A stretch of 64,000 nucleotides of DNA, taken from positions 29,833,573 to 29,897,572 of the forward strand of contig JAUZTB010000017.1 in the NCBI GenBank assembly GCA_034780895.1, in the 5' to 3' direction. Below are positions 62,830 through 64,000 of this stretch, piece by piece. Source of the stretch: Rhynchobatus australiae (Eukaryota). The position numbers and the translations under genes are program-made. The first letter of the stretch is position 1. Every line of letters starts with the position of its first letter. The notes beneath the pieces are model-generated. The model saw only the letters and a program-made list of their open reading frames with translations, did no database searches and was not told the origin of the DNA.

Positions 62830-63450
62830 GAACAGAGACATGAGAGTTTGCAAGTGCTGGAAGAACTCAGTGGGTCAAGCAGCATCTGTGGAGGCAAAAG
62901 GATGGTTGACATTTTGGGTTGAACCCTACATCAGGGTTGAGTGAGGCAGGGGCTGGCTGGCAGGCAACAGGTGGAACCAAATGATGGAGCCAGGTGGGGG
63001 AGAAGGAGCTGTGGAGCTGGGAGATAGTGGCTACTGGATAATAGTTAGAGACAGAAAAGGAGAGAAGAAAGGAGGCAGATGGAACCAGTTGGGGGAGGGA
63101 AGAACAGCACCTCACATTTCACTTGTGTAGTCTCCCAATGGTATGAGCACTGAACTTTCCAATTTCCTGTATTCTTGCATTCCCTCTTCTGCTGTGCTCC
63201 TTTGTCTCTCTTCTGTTTTCCCTCCCTCTTCCCCTTGTCAACCAATTTCATTCCCTTCCTCCACCTGGTTCTCCTATCTCTTCCCCCATCACCTGCCAGC
63301 CCCTGCCTTATCCTTCACTCTCACCTCTTTATACTGGTTATCTTACCTCTACACTCAGTCCCGATGCAGATTCTCAACCCAAATAATCGACTATCACTTT
63401 TGCCTCCACAGATGCTGCCGGACTCACTGAGTTCCTCCAGCCTTTTTTGT
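62830..63450. mobile_element. Penelope-like element with inverted terminal repeats
   Basis: Arms 62863-62900 and 63397-63434 are reverse-complementary (22-nt perfect core). Internal EEQHLTFHL...PNGMSTELSNF is a GIY-YIG C-terminal remnant. Decayed hammerhead cores at 62904-62938(-) and 63356-63392(+). Confidence 0.82.
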
Positions 63451-63799
63451 AGTATGAACATTTTATGCAGCTTGTTTAAAGTCTTATTTCATAATAAAAA
63501 GCTGTCCATAGACAAATCTATGAACCAAATGATGAACNNNNNNNNNNNNNNNNNNNNNNNNNNNNNNNNNNATAATGGTGCAAAAAAGATAAAACAAATG
63601 AGAGGAAATAAAAATCAAGATTATTAAATTTTGTTATTACTTCTGTCAGCCACTCCCTTTAACTTTGATTTTGAAGGTTGTGGTTTTACTTTTCAATCAT
63701 CTATTTCCATGCTTTACAATTACTTCAGACTATTGCTGTTAGAAAGCTATTGTATTCTGCTTCAGTTTGGTGATACTGGAATTTTTGTTTTTGTTTTAG

Positions 63800-64000
63800 G
63801 AGTTGTTGGGTGTGTTTTGCCACAGATGAAGATGATCGAACAGCAGAATGGGTGCGGCCCTGCAAGTGCAGGGGATCCACTAAATGGGTTCATCAAGCTT
63901 GTCTACAACGATGGGTAGATGAGAAGCAAAGGGGCAACAGTACAGCCAGAGTGGCATGTCCACAGTGCAATGCTGAATATTTAATTGTCTTTCCAAAACT
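63800..64000 (+). CDS. MARCHF5: MARCHF5 exon 2, RING-CH domain (runs off the window end)
   Basis: Acceptor ttttgttttag|G; encodes SCWVCFATDEDDRTAEWVRPCKCRGSTKWVHQACLQRWVDEKQRGNSTARVACPQCNAEYLIVFPK(L), a C4HC3 RING nearly identical to human MARCHF5 as recalled. Confidence 0.98.

Noticed and set aside
63631-63918. 95-aa plus-strand ORF from the track
   Set aside because: Wrong frame; the real MARCHF5 frame starts at the acceptor at 63800.
1-64000. CRISPR arrays, operons, tRNA or rRNA genes
   Set aside because: Eukaryotic intron-rich locus; tRNA-like boxes occur only as degenerate SINE heads.

Overview
Vertebrate genomic DNA with many N-gaps. The repeat content (CR1, Rex1-like, Penelope-like, Deu-domain SINEs) points to a cartilaginous fish. 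The window holds the 5' half of CPEB3 on the minus strand: a large first coding exon at 45720-46604, a 160-nt exon at 26362-26521, a 60-nt exon at 19133-19192 and a 24-nt microexon at 4125-4148. The RRM/ZZ exons lie beyond the left edge. Head-to-head with it is the 5' part of MARCHF5 on the plus strand (exon 1 CDS 49054-49103, RING-CH exon 63800 to the window end). The two share a CpG-rich promoter with ZNF143 and ETS motifs. Main leads: (1) a 42-aa CPEB4/CPEB2-like N-terminal extension (MGDYRF...) of CPEB3 that appears switchable by two alternative 3' splice sites, one buried in its own coding sequence; (2) several Penelope-type minimal hammerhead ribozyme relics in the introns, often in inverted pairs; (3) the conserved neuronal microexon; (4) a dense intronic UGCAUG cluster beside candidate unannotated exons. 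I could not find the mammalian CPEB3 HDV-like ribozyme by eye. Exon calls come from translation and splice signals read manually, and protein homology is from recall rather than a database search.
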